Position numbers and translations under genes: made by a program
Part shown: piece by piece, positions 9,676 through 19,175 of the stretch
How the letters are laid out: every line of letters begins with the position of its first letter
How positions within the stretch are numbered: the stretch's first letter is position 1
DNA from: Terriglobia bacterium
Lineage (GTDB): Bacteria; Acidobacteriota; Terriglobia; JAJPHL01; JAPKYU01
Reading direction: 5' to 3'
DNA: 64,000 nt
Assembly: GCA_965206645.1 (NCBI GenBank)
Contig: CBDBKE010000003.1
Coordinates: 576,001-640,000 of the forward strand
The notes under the pieces: model-generated
Told to the model about the DNA's origin: nothing
What the model saw: only the letters and a program-made list of their open reading frames with translations
The model's database searches: none

Positions 9676-12216
9676 TTGCCGCGCAAGCGCACCATTTTGA
9701 CTGCCGCTGCGGCCACTCTGGCCGTTGCGTTCCTGTTGCCATCTCTCGTGAATGTCAACCGCTTCCGCAGCCAGATTGTCGGTGCGCTGTCAGCCGGCCT
9801 GGGACGCCCGGTTCAGGCCGGCCACGTGCGATTGAAACTGTTCGGTGGCCCGGGCTTTGATCTTGAGAACGTCAGCGTGGCCGACGACCCGGCATTCGGC
9901 ATTGAACCCTTCGCCCGCATGCCTACCCTGCGCGCCACCCTGCGCCTGCGCTCGCTGTGGACCGGGCGGTTGAGTTTTTCTTCGTTGATCTTCGTGCGAC
10001 CGAGCCTGAACCTGGCCCGCAATGCGGATGGCCGCTGGAATGCCGAGCCGCTGATGAGCCGCGCCGCTGTCACCTCGCTCCACCCCAACGCTCCCGCCTA
10101 CGTCGAACTGCAGGATGCCAGGATCAACTTCAAGTCTGGTAACACCAAAAGCGTTTTCTTTCTTTCCGGAGTAGATGCGGCGCTTTATTCGACCTCACCC
10201 CCGGACGGCGGCAGCGCCCCCGCTCGCTGGAATCTGCGGTTTACCTGCTCCCCGGCGCGCACGGACCGCACGCTGACCGACGTCGGGCGGTTGCGGGTGG
10301 AAGGCTCGTTTGCGCCCGCACCAGCCGGCGCCCCTGACACCGGCTCCGACCTGCAGCTGCAAGTTAGTCTTACCGACGCTTACCTGGCAGACTTGCTCGT
10401 GCTGGCCTCTGGCACCGACCACGGCATCCACGGTGTGCTGGAGGTACAGGCCGCGCTGCGAGGGCACCCCGAGGCGCTACAAGCCAACGGGACACTGCGC
10501 CTGCGCGACCTACACCGCTGGGACATGCTGCCTCCGAAACGCGGTTCTTCTGTGGAGCTGCGCTACGAGGCCCTGCTCAACGGGCCGGCGGGCCGGCTCG
10601 AGGTTGAAAAGTTGGAGGCTGCTTTAGGCAGCGGAAGCCTGGAGGGGAGCGGCTCGGTGGTCCGTTTGCTGGATCACCCCGAATGGAAATGGCACTTGCG
10701 CTTCTCCGGCGCGAGCGTAGGGAATGCAATGCGGGCGGTGCAGCACTTTTCGCCGTGGCTCTCCCGCACCCTGAGGCTGGGCGGGATTCTGGATGGGGAG
10801 TTGTTCCTTGAGGGTCCCCCGCTCCAGGTTCAGGGTTTCGTCATGGGCCACGAGCTGGAGTTCGAGGACAGCGGACTGCCGCAGCTGCGGGCAGCACAGA
10901 CGCGGCTGAATCTGAACGGTTCCACAGTCAGGCTTGCCCCGACTGCCGTGGAACTGGAGCGTGGCCGGAACTTGGATCTGGGGGCGACCTGGAACTGGCG
11001 GACTGGGAAAGGCGAGTTTTCCGTTGCCGGGCGCGGCCTCCCCTTGCGGGCGGTCTCCCCTCTCTTGCAGGCCGCCGGAGCCGATCTGCGGCCGGCCCGC
11101 ACCTCCCTGCCTCAACCTTCCTTGCCTCAAAAAGGCTACCTGGCCCTGAAATTGCGCGGGCAAATCGCGCGCGACACCGCACCGAGCGTTTCCGGATGGG
11201 GACAACTAGCGCGCGCGCGGTGGGTACCTCCTGGCCTGTCCACGCCAGTTCTCTTGCACACCGCCCGGCTGGACTTTGGGAGCGATCAAGTCCGTGTAAG
11301 CCGCCTGGTGGCTACCTGGGCTGGCGCTACGATTACCGGCAGCGGGCGCATTCCCTTACGTCCGTCGCCCGTGTATTGGGCGGATTTGAAGGTAAACGAA
11401 TGGGACAGCGCAGCGCTTGCCGAGATCCTGCGGCCGGCGCTTCGCCACGCGCGTCCGGCTCTGTTGGGCGCACGTAGGCAGGCTGGGGTGGAGGCTGGTT
11501 CCTCGCCATCGGCTGCTCGGACTCCCGCTGCGTCCCCTTTTCGTGCCCAAGGGCGGCTCAGGGTCGGACGCCTGCGCTTGCCGAGGCTCAAGGTGAAGGA
11601 GATCGAGACAGCTTTCCGCCTGACGGGCAGGAGTTTGCGATTGGAACAAGCCCGTGGCGCTTTCGCCGGAGGCACTTGGACCGGCAACTCGCGGCTCGAT
11701 TTCCAAGCGCGCGGCCCGCGCTATCAGGTAAACGGGCTCGTTCAAGGCGTGGACCTGGCCACACTAGCTGCCTTATCCCCGCGACTGGAAGGCCTTGCAG
11801 CCGGCCGGGCTTCAGGCTCCCTACGGCTCCTCACCTCGGGCTGGGAAGCGTCCGACCTGCTGAACAACTTGAACATCGAGGTGCAGTTGGAGGGCCGCGA
11901 TCTCGACTTGCACAATGTGGACCTGGCGGCTGCCGCCACGGGGCAGCCTTCCATTTCCAGAGGCATCAGCCGCCTCGTTTCCTTCAGCGCCGATCTGGCA
12001 GTCGAACAGCGTCGGGTGCGCTTGCGGAAGCTTATCCTGGAAGCGCCTTCGGTGACCTTCCAGGCCAGCGGTACGGTGGGGTTTGACCATGTGGCCGATA
12101 TCCTGGTTTTGCCTCTCGACAGCACTTCACTCAGTTCCTTCCGGCTGATAGGTCCTCTGGAGTTGCCGCGGCTCCTCGGGCCGGAAGTAGCCCGCAGGGC
12201 AGCGGGTGGCAATTAG
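9676..12216 (+). CDS. AsmA-family (lipid-transfer bridge) protein
   Basis: N-terminal membrane anchor, LGRPV...LRLRSLW...PSLNLARNADGRWN pattern, long beta-rich 846 aa body. Confidence 0.75.
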   Translation: MPRKRTILTAAAATLAVAFLLPSLVNVNRFRSQIVGALSAGLGRPVQAGHVRLKLFGGPGFDLENVSVADDPAFGIEPFARMPTLRATLRLRSLWTGRLSFSSLIFVRPSLNLARNADGRWNAEPLMSRAAVTSLHPNAPAYVELQDARINFKSGNTKSVFFLSGVDAALYSTSPPDGGSAPARWNLRFTCSPARTDRTLTDVGRLRVEGSFAPAPAGAPDTGSDLQLQVSLTDAYLADLLVLASGTDHGIHGVLEVQAALRGHPEALQANGTLRLRDLHRWDMLPPKRGSSVELRYEALLNGPAGRLEVEKLEAALGSGSLEGSGSVVRLLDHPEWKWHLRFSGASVGNAMRAVQHFSPWLSRTLRLGGILDGELFLEGPPLQVQGFVMGHELEFEDSGLPQLRAAQTRLNLNGSTVRLAPTAVELERGRNLDLGATWNWRTGKGEFSVAGRGLPLRAVSPLLQAAGADLRPARTSLPQPSLPQKGYLALKLRGQIARDTAPSVSGWGQLARARWVPPGLSTPVLLHTARLDFGSDQVRVSRLVATWAGATITGSGRIPLRPSPVYWADLKVNEWDSAALAEILRPALRHARPALLGARRQAGVEAGSSPSAARTPAASPFRAQGRLRVGRLRLPRLKVKEIETAFRLTGRSLRLEQARGAFAGGTWTGNSRLDFQARGPRYQVNGLVQGVDLATLAALSPRLEGLAAGRASGSLRLLTSGWEASDLLNNLNIEVQLEGRDLDLHNVDLAAAATGQPSISRGISRLVSFSADLAVEQRRVRLRKLILEAPSVTFQASGTVGFDHVADILVLPLDSTSLSSFRLIGPLELPRLLGPEVARRAAGGN

Positions 12217-12316
12217 CGGCGCCGTTTTCCGCTCGTGGGACTGGTCGGCCGGGTAGCCACCCTTTGCGGCCGGCGGCACCGAGCTGTCCTCCCCCTGCGT
12301 CTAACTCATTGTTCCG

Positions 12317-12943
12317 GTGATGAAGCTCCTTCTTGCGGTGCCGCTGATGATGCTAGCTCTGCTCGGAGGTCCGGGGGACGAACGTCGGGCCAGCGAACCG
12401 GAACTCTCAGAAGCGCTGGCCGAACAGATGGCGAAGAAGCTGGCGCGAATCACCGACTGGGCTGCCCGAGCCGAGGCTGACGCAACTAACCCCCGCAACT
12501 CTCGGGTAGTGACAGTTCTGCTGGAAGAGGAAATCAATTCCTATTTCAAATACCGGATGAGCGGGAAGATTCCGGCCGGAGTCTCCCAGGTGCGTTTCCA
12601 TCTGCGCCCCGAGCGTCCTTCGACAACCGCCCTGGTGGACTTCGACCGCTTCAAAGCTGCCTCGCGCCGACCCATTCATCCCCTCCTGGACGCGTTGCTG
12701 CGTGGCCGGCACCCGGTCGCAATGCGCGGCCGTTTTACTTCCTCAAACGGCGCCGGGGTGTTCCATCTCGAGGAGGTCTCCATCGGGAGCTTGGCCCTCC
12801 GCGGTGCCCTGCTGGAGTTGCTCGTCACCCATTTCATCCAGCCCCGCTATCCCACGGCCGCAATCAATCGCCCGTTTGCTTTGCCGGCCAGAATCGACCA
12901 GGTTGTGGTGGAGCAAGGACGCCTTCTCGTCGATCAAAAGTGA
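12317..12943 (+). CDS. Hypothetical exported protein
   Basis: 208-aa ORF with signal peptide, co-oriented with asmA. Confidence 0.7.
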   Translation: MMKLLLAVPLMMLALLGGPGDERRASEPELSEALAEQMAKKLARITDWAARAEADATNPRNSRVVTVLLEEEINSYFKYRMSGKIPAGVSQVRFHLRPERPSTTALVDFDRFKAASRRPIHPLLDALLRGRHPVAMRGRFTSSNGAGVFHLEEVSIGSLALRGALLELLVTHFIQPRYPTAAINRPFALPARIDQVVVEQGRLLVDQK

Positions 12944-12994
12944 TGGGCAGAAATGATCGGCAGAAGTGATGGGCAGAAATGATGGGCAGAAGTG
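12940..12994. repeat. 13-bp tandem repeat (TGATGGGCAGAAR x4, imperfect)
   Basis: gtgatgggcagaa atgatcggcagaa gtgatgggcagaa atgatgggcagaa, starting at the stop codon of the upstream gene. Confidence 0.85.
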
Positions 12995-13040
12995 CCCCGT
13001 ACGACTATTCAGCAATGAAAATGAGAAAGAGCCGGCAATG

Positions 13041-13067
13041 AAAAGGGGATCCGCGACGGGATCCCCT
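13041..13067 (-). terminator. Intrinsic terminator
   Basis: AGGGGATCC-6nt-GGATCCCCT hairpin followed by a T-run on the minus strand. Confidence 0.7.
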
Positions 13068-13146
13068 GTGGGTTGATTTCAGCGCCTGCGGCGGCGGTGG
13101 TTCCGAAAAGCCGTCGGCGAGGCGCGGGCTGCGTTCGCAGTCAGGG

Positions 13147-13203
13147 TTATTTGCGTTTCTTCTTTGCTTTCTTCACTGCTTTCTTCTTTGCTGTCTTCTT
13201 CAT
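13147..13203 (-). CDS. 18-aa Lys-rich peptide MKKTAKKKAVKKAKKKRK
   Basis: Below the ORF-track cutoff. Strong SD GAAGGAGG shortly upstream of the ATG, downstream terminator, upstream TTGACA/TACACT. Confidence 0.7.
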   Translation of the reverse strand: MKKTAKKKAVKKAKKKRK

Positions 13204-13558
13204 GCTGCGCATCCTCCTTCGCTAAATTCTCCCTAATGTGAGCCGATGGGTCTCTTTCCCGCCGGCGGGAAATACTCAACATGTTGAGCCTTCCCCGAGA
13301 TTAGCCACAGTGTACAGACTTGCGGCTCCCTCTTGTCAAGAACAAAATTCGACAAAGATGTTTTATGGCAACGGCGCGCTTTTGCCAAACCCATTCGTCG
13401 CTGTTAGCACTCCGCCAACCTTTTGGTTGCCGAAGTGGGCTCGAACTTCTTAGGTGAGAGAGCCGGATGGCCACGGCTAGACGGGGGGGGGCCAGAAGCA
13501 AGGGCGGGCTGCGCGGATTTTTCCCGGTGTCTGGCAACTGCCAGTTGACAACCAGTAG

Positions 13559-13628
13559 TTGACAAGCGGCCAGGTGCGTTCTATGGTTCGTGAACCATGG
13601 TATTGTTCATTTTTGAACCCAGGTTAAA
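13559..13628 (+). promoter_or_regulatory. Sigma70 promoter with two overlapping/adjacent palindromes (candidate metal-repressor operators)
   Basis: TTGACA(13559)-17nt-TATGGT(13582); ATGGTTC-GT-GAACCAT at 13583-13598; TTGAACC-CA-GGTTAAA at 13613-13628. Confidence 0.6.
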
Positions 13629-15009
13629 GAAAATTGTAACAGCCTGGCTCTTCTTCCTGCTTGCCGGTGCAGCCGTTGCGCAGCAATCCGCGGACCCGGC
13701 CCCGGGCCCGCAAGCGCGTATCCGCGCTCTGGAGGAGCAGGTGCGCCAGTTGGAAGAACGGCTCGCCCGGCTGGAGGCGGGCACTGCGCCGCCACAGGCG
13801 GCGGTTGCCGTCTCGGCTCCGGCGCCGTCAACTGGGGTGGCTCCCGAGGTTCCCGTGTTGCCGCCCGGGGTTCCCGTGTCGCCGGTGGAAGCGCCTGCCA
13901 GCGCCGCTGCGCCGGTGCAGGCTATTTCTGTGACTGCCACCTCCCCTCCGATCGATGATTCCGAGGAAAGCGTCCGGCTGCCCTTCGCAGGCTACATGGA
14001 ATTTCATCTGAACAAGCCTCGCGGGGAATCCGGCCAGTTCGACTTTCACCGGTTCGTGCTGCTGTTCGGTCACAGTTTTTCCTCGCGCATCAAGTTCTGG
14101 TCAGAGCTGGAGCTGGAACACTCCTTGGTTGAAGGCGGCGAAGAAAAGGGGGAGCTGGAGTTGGAGCAGGCCTACCTGGATTTCCACCTGAATCCCTACT
14201 TCAACCTGCGCGGGGGAATGGTGCTGGCGCCGATGGGGGTGATCAACGAGCGGCACGAGCCGCCTGCCTTCTTTGGAGTCGAGCGCCCGATGGTGGACAC
14301 GGTGATCATCCCCAGCACCTGGTTTGATCTCGGCGTGGGAGCTTGGGGGGATTTGGGGCGGGGCTTCACCTATCGTTTCTACCTGATGTCACCGCTCGAC
14401 GCCGCCGGCTTTAGCGCGGACGAGGGTCTGCGCGGCGGCCGCCAGAAAGGCTCCCGCTCCAACCTGCGCAACGTGGCCAGTACGGCGCGAGTGGAATACC
14501 GCGGCATCCCTCGGCTGACGCTGGGCGGCAGCATCTGGGCGGGCCGCACCGGGTTCGACACGCCAGACCTCAACGTGCCGGTGCGCCTGGGGAGCTTTGA
14601 CGGGCGCTACTCCTGGCATCGCCTGGAGTTCCGCGGCCAGTACGCGCATGGATGGATGCGGGAAGCGGGATTGCTCAACCGCGTGCTGCAACGCCGCCGC
14701 GGCACCAACCCCAACATCGCCCGTCAGATTCGTGGCTTCTACCTGGAAGGCGGCGTCTACCTGTTGCCGTTCCACAGTTCCCAGAATCTGGCGGTGTTCA
14801 CCCGCTACGAGAATTTCGACACGCAGTACCGGATGCCGGTTGGATTCTTGCCTCTGAAGCAGTTCGACCGCTCGAGCTGGACGGTGGGCGCCAGCTACTT
14901 CCCTCATCCGGATGTGGTGTTCAAGGCCGACTACGTCTTCAACCGCAACGCCAGTCAGGTGATCGGCACCCGGGACCAGTTCAATCTTGGCCTCGGCTGG
15001 TGGTTCTAG
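13597..15009 (+). CDS. Outer-membrane beta-barrel porin with N-terminal coiled coil
   Basis: Signal peptide, coiled coil (IRALEEQVRQLEERL), amphipathic beta strands (ELELEH, LEQAYLDF), C-terminal aromatic WWF. Confidence 0.8.
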   Translation: MVLFIFEPRLKKIVTAWLFFLLAGAAVAQQSADPAPGPQARIRALEEQVRQLEERLARLEAGTAPPQAAVAVSAPAPSTGVAPEVPVLPPGVPVSPVEAPASAAAPVQAISVTATSPPIDDSEESVRLPFAGYMEFHLNKPRGESGQFDFHRFVLLFGHSFSSRIKFWSELELEHSLVEGGEEKGELELEQAYLDFHLNPYFNLRGGMVLAPMGVINERHEPPAFFGVERPMVDTVIIPSTWFDLGVGAWGDLGRGFTYRFYLMSPLDAAGFSADEGLRGGRQKGSRSNLRNVASTARVEYRGIPRLTLGGSIWAGRTGFDTPDLNVPVRLGSFDGRYSWHRLEFRGQYAHGWMREAGLLNRVLQRRRGTNPNIARQIRGFYLEGGVYLLPFHSSQNLAVFTRYENFDTQYRMPVGFLPLKQFDRSSWTVGASYFPHPDVVFKADYVFNRNASQVIGTRDQFNLGLGWWF

Positions 15010-15080
15010 AAAATTGGATCAGTGAGGATTGGTTCATTGACGATTGGAGCTTTCGAATTTCTTCTGATGGAGGCAACCAG

Positions 15081-15434
15081 GTGATTCCCTACGCAGTACC
15101 GGTGTTGCTGTTGTTCCTGCTGGGCCAGGCGGGGCCGGAGCCGGCGGAGCGTGAGCCGAAGCGCGTGTGCCTGCGCGCAGAACGCTTTAGCTTCACACCT
15201 TCGCGGATCAAGCTGCAGAAGGGGCAGCCGCTGGAGCTGACGATCGTCAGCGAGGATACCCAGCACGGGTTCTGGATTCGCAAGCTAGGGATCAACTATT
15301 TGATCCCGGCCCGCGGCAAGGGAGAACTGAAGCTGAAGATCCCGCCGCTCGAGCGCGGCCAGTATGTCATCGAATGCTCGCGTGCTTGCGGCGCCGGGCA
15401 CAACATGATGCGGGGCGTGATCATGGTCAAGTGA
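15081..15434 (+). CDS. Periplasmic cupredoxin with CuA-type ligand set (COX subunit II-like)
   Basis: GGAGG SD plus GTG; D..HGF and CSRACGAGHNMM (C-x3-C-x3-H-x2-M). Confidence 0.85.
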   Translation: MIPYAVPVLLLFLLGQAGPEPAEREPKRVCLRAERFSFTPSRIKLQKGQPLELTIVSEDTQHGFWIRKLGINYLIPARGKGELKLKIPPLERGQYVIECSRACGAGHNMMRGVIMVK

Positions 15435-15556
15435 AGAGGAAAGGCAAAGGTCGGAAAGCTTGGGCTGCGAGCAGCAAGCATCAGCAAGTGGCTCCTTGCG
15501 GTACGACAGCGCGGTACGACTGCGATGACGGCGGGTTTTGGGCAAAGGAGGCAAAG

Positions 15557-16774
15557 ATGACCAGCAAGGTGCTGGGCTTGGGGCTGTTGCTTGTCGTACT
15601 GCTGGCAGCTCCGGGGGTGTACTGGCTCGGCGGTTCCTCGGGAGGCGCCCGCGCCGCCGTAGGGGTGGGCGAGCCGCAGTTCGGCGACCCCGTGCCCGGC
15701 CTGACTCCGTTTGAATTCGAGCTGTTCCGGTTGGGCCTGGAGGATTTCCTGGAGGTGGAGGAGCCGGAGGATGGGCTGGGTCCGGTCTTCAACGGGCGCT
15801 CCTGCGCCGAATGCCACAGCATTCCGGCCGTCGGCGGTTCCGGCACAATCCTGGAACTCCGGGCTGGGCTCCGTAACGAGGATGGCAGTTACACCGAGCT
15901 GCCCGGCGGCTCTGTCTTTCAGCTCTTCTCCATCCCGCCGCACGGCTGCCACAAGCTGATTCCGCCGGAGGCCAACGTGTTTTCACGACGCAAGTCGCTG
16001 CCGCTGTTTGGCAACGGGTTGATCGAAGCGATTCCTGAAGAGGTGCTGCTGCTGCACGCTGCCGCCAACCAATTCCATCCGGATGGCATCGGCGGGCGCC
16101 CGCACATGGTGGTGGACGTCTCGACCGACACAACCCGCGTGGGCCGCTTCGGCTGGAAGGCGCAGCAGGCCACTCTGTTCACCTTCGGCGCCGAAGCCTA
16201 CCTGGAGGAGATGGGCATCACCAGCGACGTGTTCCCCCAAGAAGTGGAGGCGGGCTTCGACGACCCACGCAAGACGCGCGACTGCGACCCGCGCCCCGAT
16301 CCTGAGGATGCGCGCGAACCGCTGACAGGCCTGCGCGGCATTGATAACTTCGGAAATTTCCTGCGGATGCTGGGTTCGCCTCCCCGTGGGCCGCAAGACG
16401 CGTTGACCGCGGCCGGCGCACAGGTTTTCGAGCAGATCGGCTGCGCTGCCTGCCACCTCCCGGTAATGCTTACGGGTCCGGCGATGCAGCCGTGGCTGGA
16501 CCGCCAGCCCGTGCGGCTTTACTCCGACCTGCTGTTGCACGACATCGGCACCGGCGACGGGTTGCCGCAAGGTGACGCTTCCGGCGATGAGTTCCGTACA
16601 GCGCCCCTTTGGGGGCTGCGGGTGCGCTCCCCGTTTCTCCACGACGGCCGGGCGCCGAGCATTGAGCAGGCCATTCGTATGCACAAAAACCAGGCCGAGC
16701 AAAGCGGCCGTCGCTTTGAGGCTTTAGCAGAGCAGGAGCGCGCTACTTTGCTACAATTCCTGAAGTCGCTGTAG
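15557..16774 (+). CDS. Di-heme oxidoreductase family protein (DHOR/DUF1111-like)
   Basis: AAGGAGG SD; GLGPVFN..SCAECH, GRFGWKA, GCAACH, YSDLLLHDIG, RTAPLWG, LHDGRA. Confidence 0.88.
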   Translation: MTSKVLGLGLLLVVLLAAPGVYWLGGSSGGARAAVGVGEPQFGDPVPGLTPFEFELFRLGLEDFLEVEEPEDGLGPVFNGRSCAECHSIPAVGGSGTILELRAGLRNEDGSYTELPGGSVFQLFSIPPHGCHKLIPPEANVFSRRKSLPLFGNGLIEAIPEEVLLLHAAANQFHPDGIGGRPHMVVDVSTDTTRVGRFGWKAQQATLFTFGAEAYLEEMGITSDVFPQEVEAGFDDPRKTRDCDPRPDPEDAREPLTGLRGIDNFGNFLRMLGSPPRGPQDALTAAGAQVFEQIGCAACHLPVMLTGPAMQPWLDRQPVRLYSDLLLHDIGTGDGLPQGDASGDEFRTAPLWGLRVRSPFLHDGRAPSIEQAIRMHKNQAEQSGRRFEALAEQERATLLQFLKSL

Positions 16775-16882
16775 GGCTGCCATAAGAGGCCGCCATATCG
16801 CCCGGGTGCCGGATGGGTTGTCCGGCTGGGTTGCCCAGCACGGAAGCCGGGCGCTACATTAGGTTGCAGGAAGGAGGCTGGC

Positions 16883-17572
16883 ATCAGGGGCAAACGCAGA
16901 CCGCCGCGGGTCCCGCTGGGAGAGGCCGTTGAAGACTACCTGAAGACGGTCTATCAGCTCACGGTCGGGGAAACACCGGTCTCGACCAGCGCTCTGGCTG
17001 AGGCGCTGGAGGTGTCGCCGGCCGCCGTCACCAAGATGCTCCGCCGCCTCGGCGCCCTGCGGCTGGTGCATCACTCCCGCTACCGTGGTGTCCGCTTGAC
17101 GACGGCGGGGCGGCGAGTGGCTCTTGAAATCGTTCGGCATCACCGCCTGCTGGAACTTTACCTCAGCCACGCGCTCGGCTATCCGCTGGAGCGCGTACAC
17201 GCGGAAGCGGAAATCCTGGAGCACGCCATCTCGGAAGATTTCGAAGAAAGCATTGACCGCCTGCTGGGCCACCCACAGATGGATCCGCACGGCGATCCCA
17301 TTCCCACGCGCTCCGGCTCTATCCCCAAGATCCTGGGCGGAATGCTGGCGGATGCCGAAGTGGGCGAAAAACTGGAGGTCTGCCGCGTGCGCGATAATGA
17401 CGGGGAACTGCTGCAGTACCTGGTTTCGCTGGGATTGGTCCCGAAGACCCGGCTGGAAGTGGTGGAAAAGCTTCCCTTTGGCGGCCCCGTGAGGGTGCGC
17501 GTCGGCGGCACCGGCGTCGAGCAGTTCGTTGGCCACGAGGCTGCCTGCAGCGTCTTCGTCGAGCGCCGCTGA
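16883..17572 (+). CDS. DtxR/MntR-family metal-dependent repressor with FeoA-like C-terminal domain (non-canonical start likely)
   Basis: EDYLKTVYQL (upstream of the ORF-track start), RHHRLLELYL, EAEILEHAIS, DPHGDPIP. Confidence 0.88.
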   Translation: MRGKRRPPRVPLGEAVEDYLKTVYQLTVGETPVSTSALAEALEVSPAAVTKMLRRLGALRLVHHSRYRGVRLTTAGRRVALEIVRHHRLLELYLSHALGYPLERVHAEAEILEHAISEDFEESIDRLLGHPQMDPHGDPIPTRSGSIPKILGGMLADAEVGEKLEVCRVRDNDGELLQYLVSLGLVPKTRLEVVEKLPFGGPVRVRVGGTGVEQFVGHEAACSVFVERR

Positions 17573-17640
17573 AAGAAGCGCTGGGCACGGTTCCGTTCCT
17601 GTTCGCCCTTCCTTAACCTTTCTGGCACTATAATTTCTTT

Positions 17641-18075
17641 ATGCTCGCGCCGATTCTGCTTTCCCTGTTGTTGCTACAGGAAAAGCCCCCTCAGGACCCG
17701 CCCCAAGAGCCGGCAAAGAAGAAGCCGGAAGTAGTGCTCGTCGACCCCAGCGCGCCCAGCTCCGAGCCGGATGGCGAAACGACGGTGGAGTACGCCTTGA
17801 ATCCCCGCCAGGCGAAGAAAGAGATGAAGGTCGGCAATTTCTACCTGAGAAAGGGCAAGTACACCGCCGCAGTGGCGCGCTTCCGGGAAGCCCTGAAGTG
17901 GCATCCGCGCCTGGCGGCGGCATATTTCAAGCTGGGACGAGCCTATGAGGAGCGGGGCGAGCTGAGGAATGCCCTGGAGAGCTATCAGAAGTATCTGGAG
18001 CTGGAACCCAAGAGGAAGAAAGCCAAGAAGGTTCGCAAAGCTATTGCCCGCCTGGAGCGCGAACTGAAGCAGTAG
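17641..18075 (+). CDS. Small exported TPR protein (leaderless)
   Basis: Signal peptide, two TPRs; TATAAT 6 nt before ATG. Confidence 0.8.
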   Translation: MLAPILLSLLLLQEKPPQDPPQEPAKKKPEVVLVDPSAPSSEPDGETTVEYALNPRQAKKEMKVGNFYLRKGKYTAAVARFREALKWHPRLAAAYFKLGRAYEERGELRNALESYQKYLELEPKRKKAKKVRKAIARLERELKQ

Positions 18076-18192
18076 CGTCCTGCTCAGAACTGCGAGGAGC
18101 GTTTGGCCAGTTTGCGGCGCAAGGCCGCCAGCCGCGACTGCCTCGCCATTCTCTTCCCCCATGGCCTAGGCCTGTGCCAAACTGCTTGCCGC

Positions 18193-19167
18193 ATGCGGAT
18201 CGTGCTGACCGGAGCGGCCGGCCTCATCGGCTCCCACCTTAGCGATTTGCTGCTGGCACGCGGCGATGAGGTGGTCGGGGTGGACAACTTCCTGACCGGT
18301 GTTCCAGAGAACCTGGCGCACCTCGCCTCCCAGCCCCGCTGGCAGTTCCGCGAGCACGACCTGGTGGAGCCTCTGCAGGTAAAGGGTCCGGTGGATTGGG
18401 TTCTGAACCTGGCTTTGCCCGCCAGTCCTGCCGACTACCTCCGACATGGTCTGGAGACGTTGCGGGTGGGCTCGCTGGGCACACAGAATGAGCTGGAGTT
18501 GGCGCGGGAAAAAGGAGCGCGCTTCCTGCAGGCCTCGACCTCGGAGTGCTACGGCGACCCGGAGGTGCGTCCGCAGCCAGAAACCTATTGGGGGAACGTT
18601 AATCCGGTCGGGCCGCGCTCGGTGTACGACGAGGCCAAGCGCTACGGCGAGGCCCTGACCATGGCCTACCACCGCTACAGCGGGCTGGACACGCGCATTG
18701 TGCGCATCTTCAATACCTACGGGCCGCGCATGAAGCTGGGCGACGGGCGCGTGATTCCCAATCTGTTCCAGCAGGCGCTCTCCGGCCAGCCGCTGACGGT
18801 CTACGGCGATGGGACGCAAACCCGCAGCTTCTGCTACATCTCCGACCTGGTGGAGGGCATGACCCGCGCGATGGCCAGGGCAATGGAGCGCCCGGAGCAC
18901 CTGCCCATCAATCTGGGCAATCCACAGGAGATGAGCATCCTGGAACTGGTCCGGCTGGTTCAGTCGCTCACCGGCAACCGTTCGGGCATCAAGTTCCGCC
19001 CGCTGCCGGAAGACGACCCCAGGCACCGCTGCCCGGATATTTCCCGCGCGCGCCAGTTGCTCGGCTGGGAGCCCCGTGTAGGGCTGGAAGAGGGGTTGCG
19101 CCTGACCCTGGAGTTAAGGTCAGCCAGCGGACCGCCTAGCGGCCGGCTAGGGCGAACTGCGTCGTAG
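18193..19167 (+). CDS. UDP-glucuronate decarboxylase / NAD-dependent epimerase-dehydratase
   Basis: [45 protein letters not shown]. Confidence 0.92.
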   Translation: MRIVLTGAAGLIGSHLSDLLLARGDEVVGVDNFLTGVPENLAHLASQPRWQFREHDLVEPLQVKGPVDWVLNLALPASPADYLRHGLETLRVGSLGTQNELELAREKGARFLQASTSECYGDPEVRPQPETYWGNVNPVGPRSVYDEAKRYGEALTMAYHRYSGLDTRIVRIFNTYGPRMKLGDGRVIPNLFQQALSGQPLTVYGDGTQTRSFCYISDLVEGMTRAMARAMERPEHLPINLGNPQEMSILELVRLVQSLTGNRSGIKFRPLPEDDPRHRCPDISRARQLLGWEPRVGLEEGLRLTLELRSASGPPSGRLGRTAS

Positions 19168-19175
19168 GGGCAGTG

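Noticed and set aside
13404-13412. CIRCE half-site TTAGCACTC
   Set aside because: The second arm GAGTGCTAA is absent 9 nt downstream and no chaperone gene follows.
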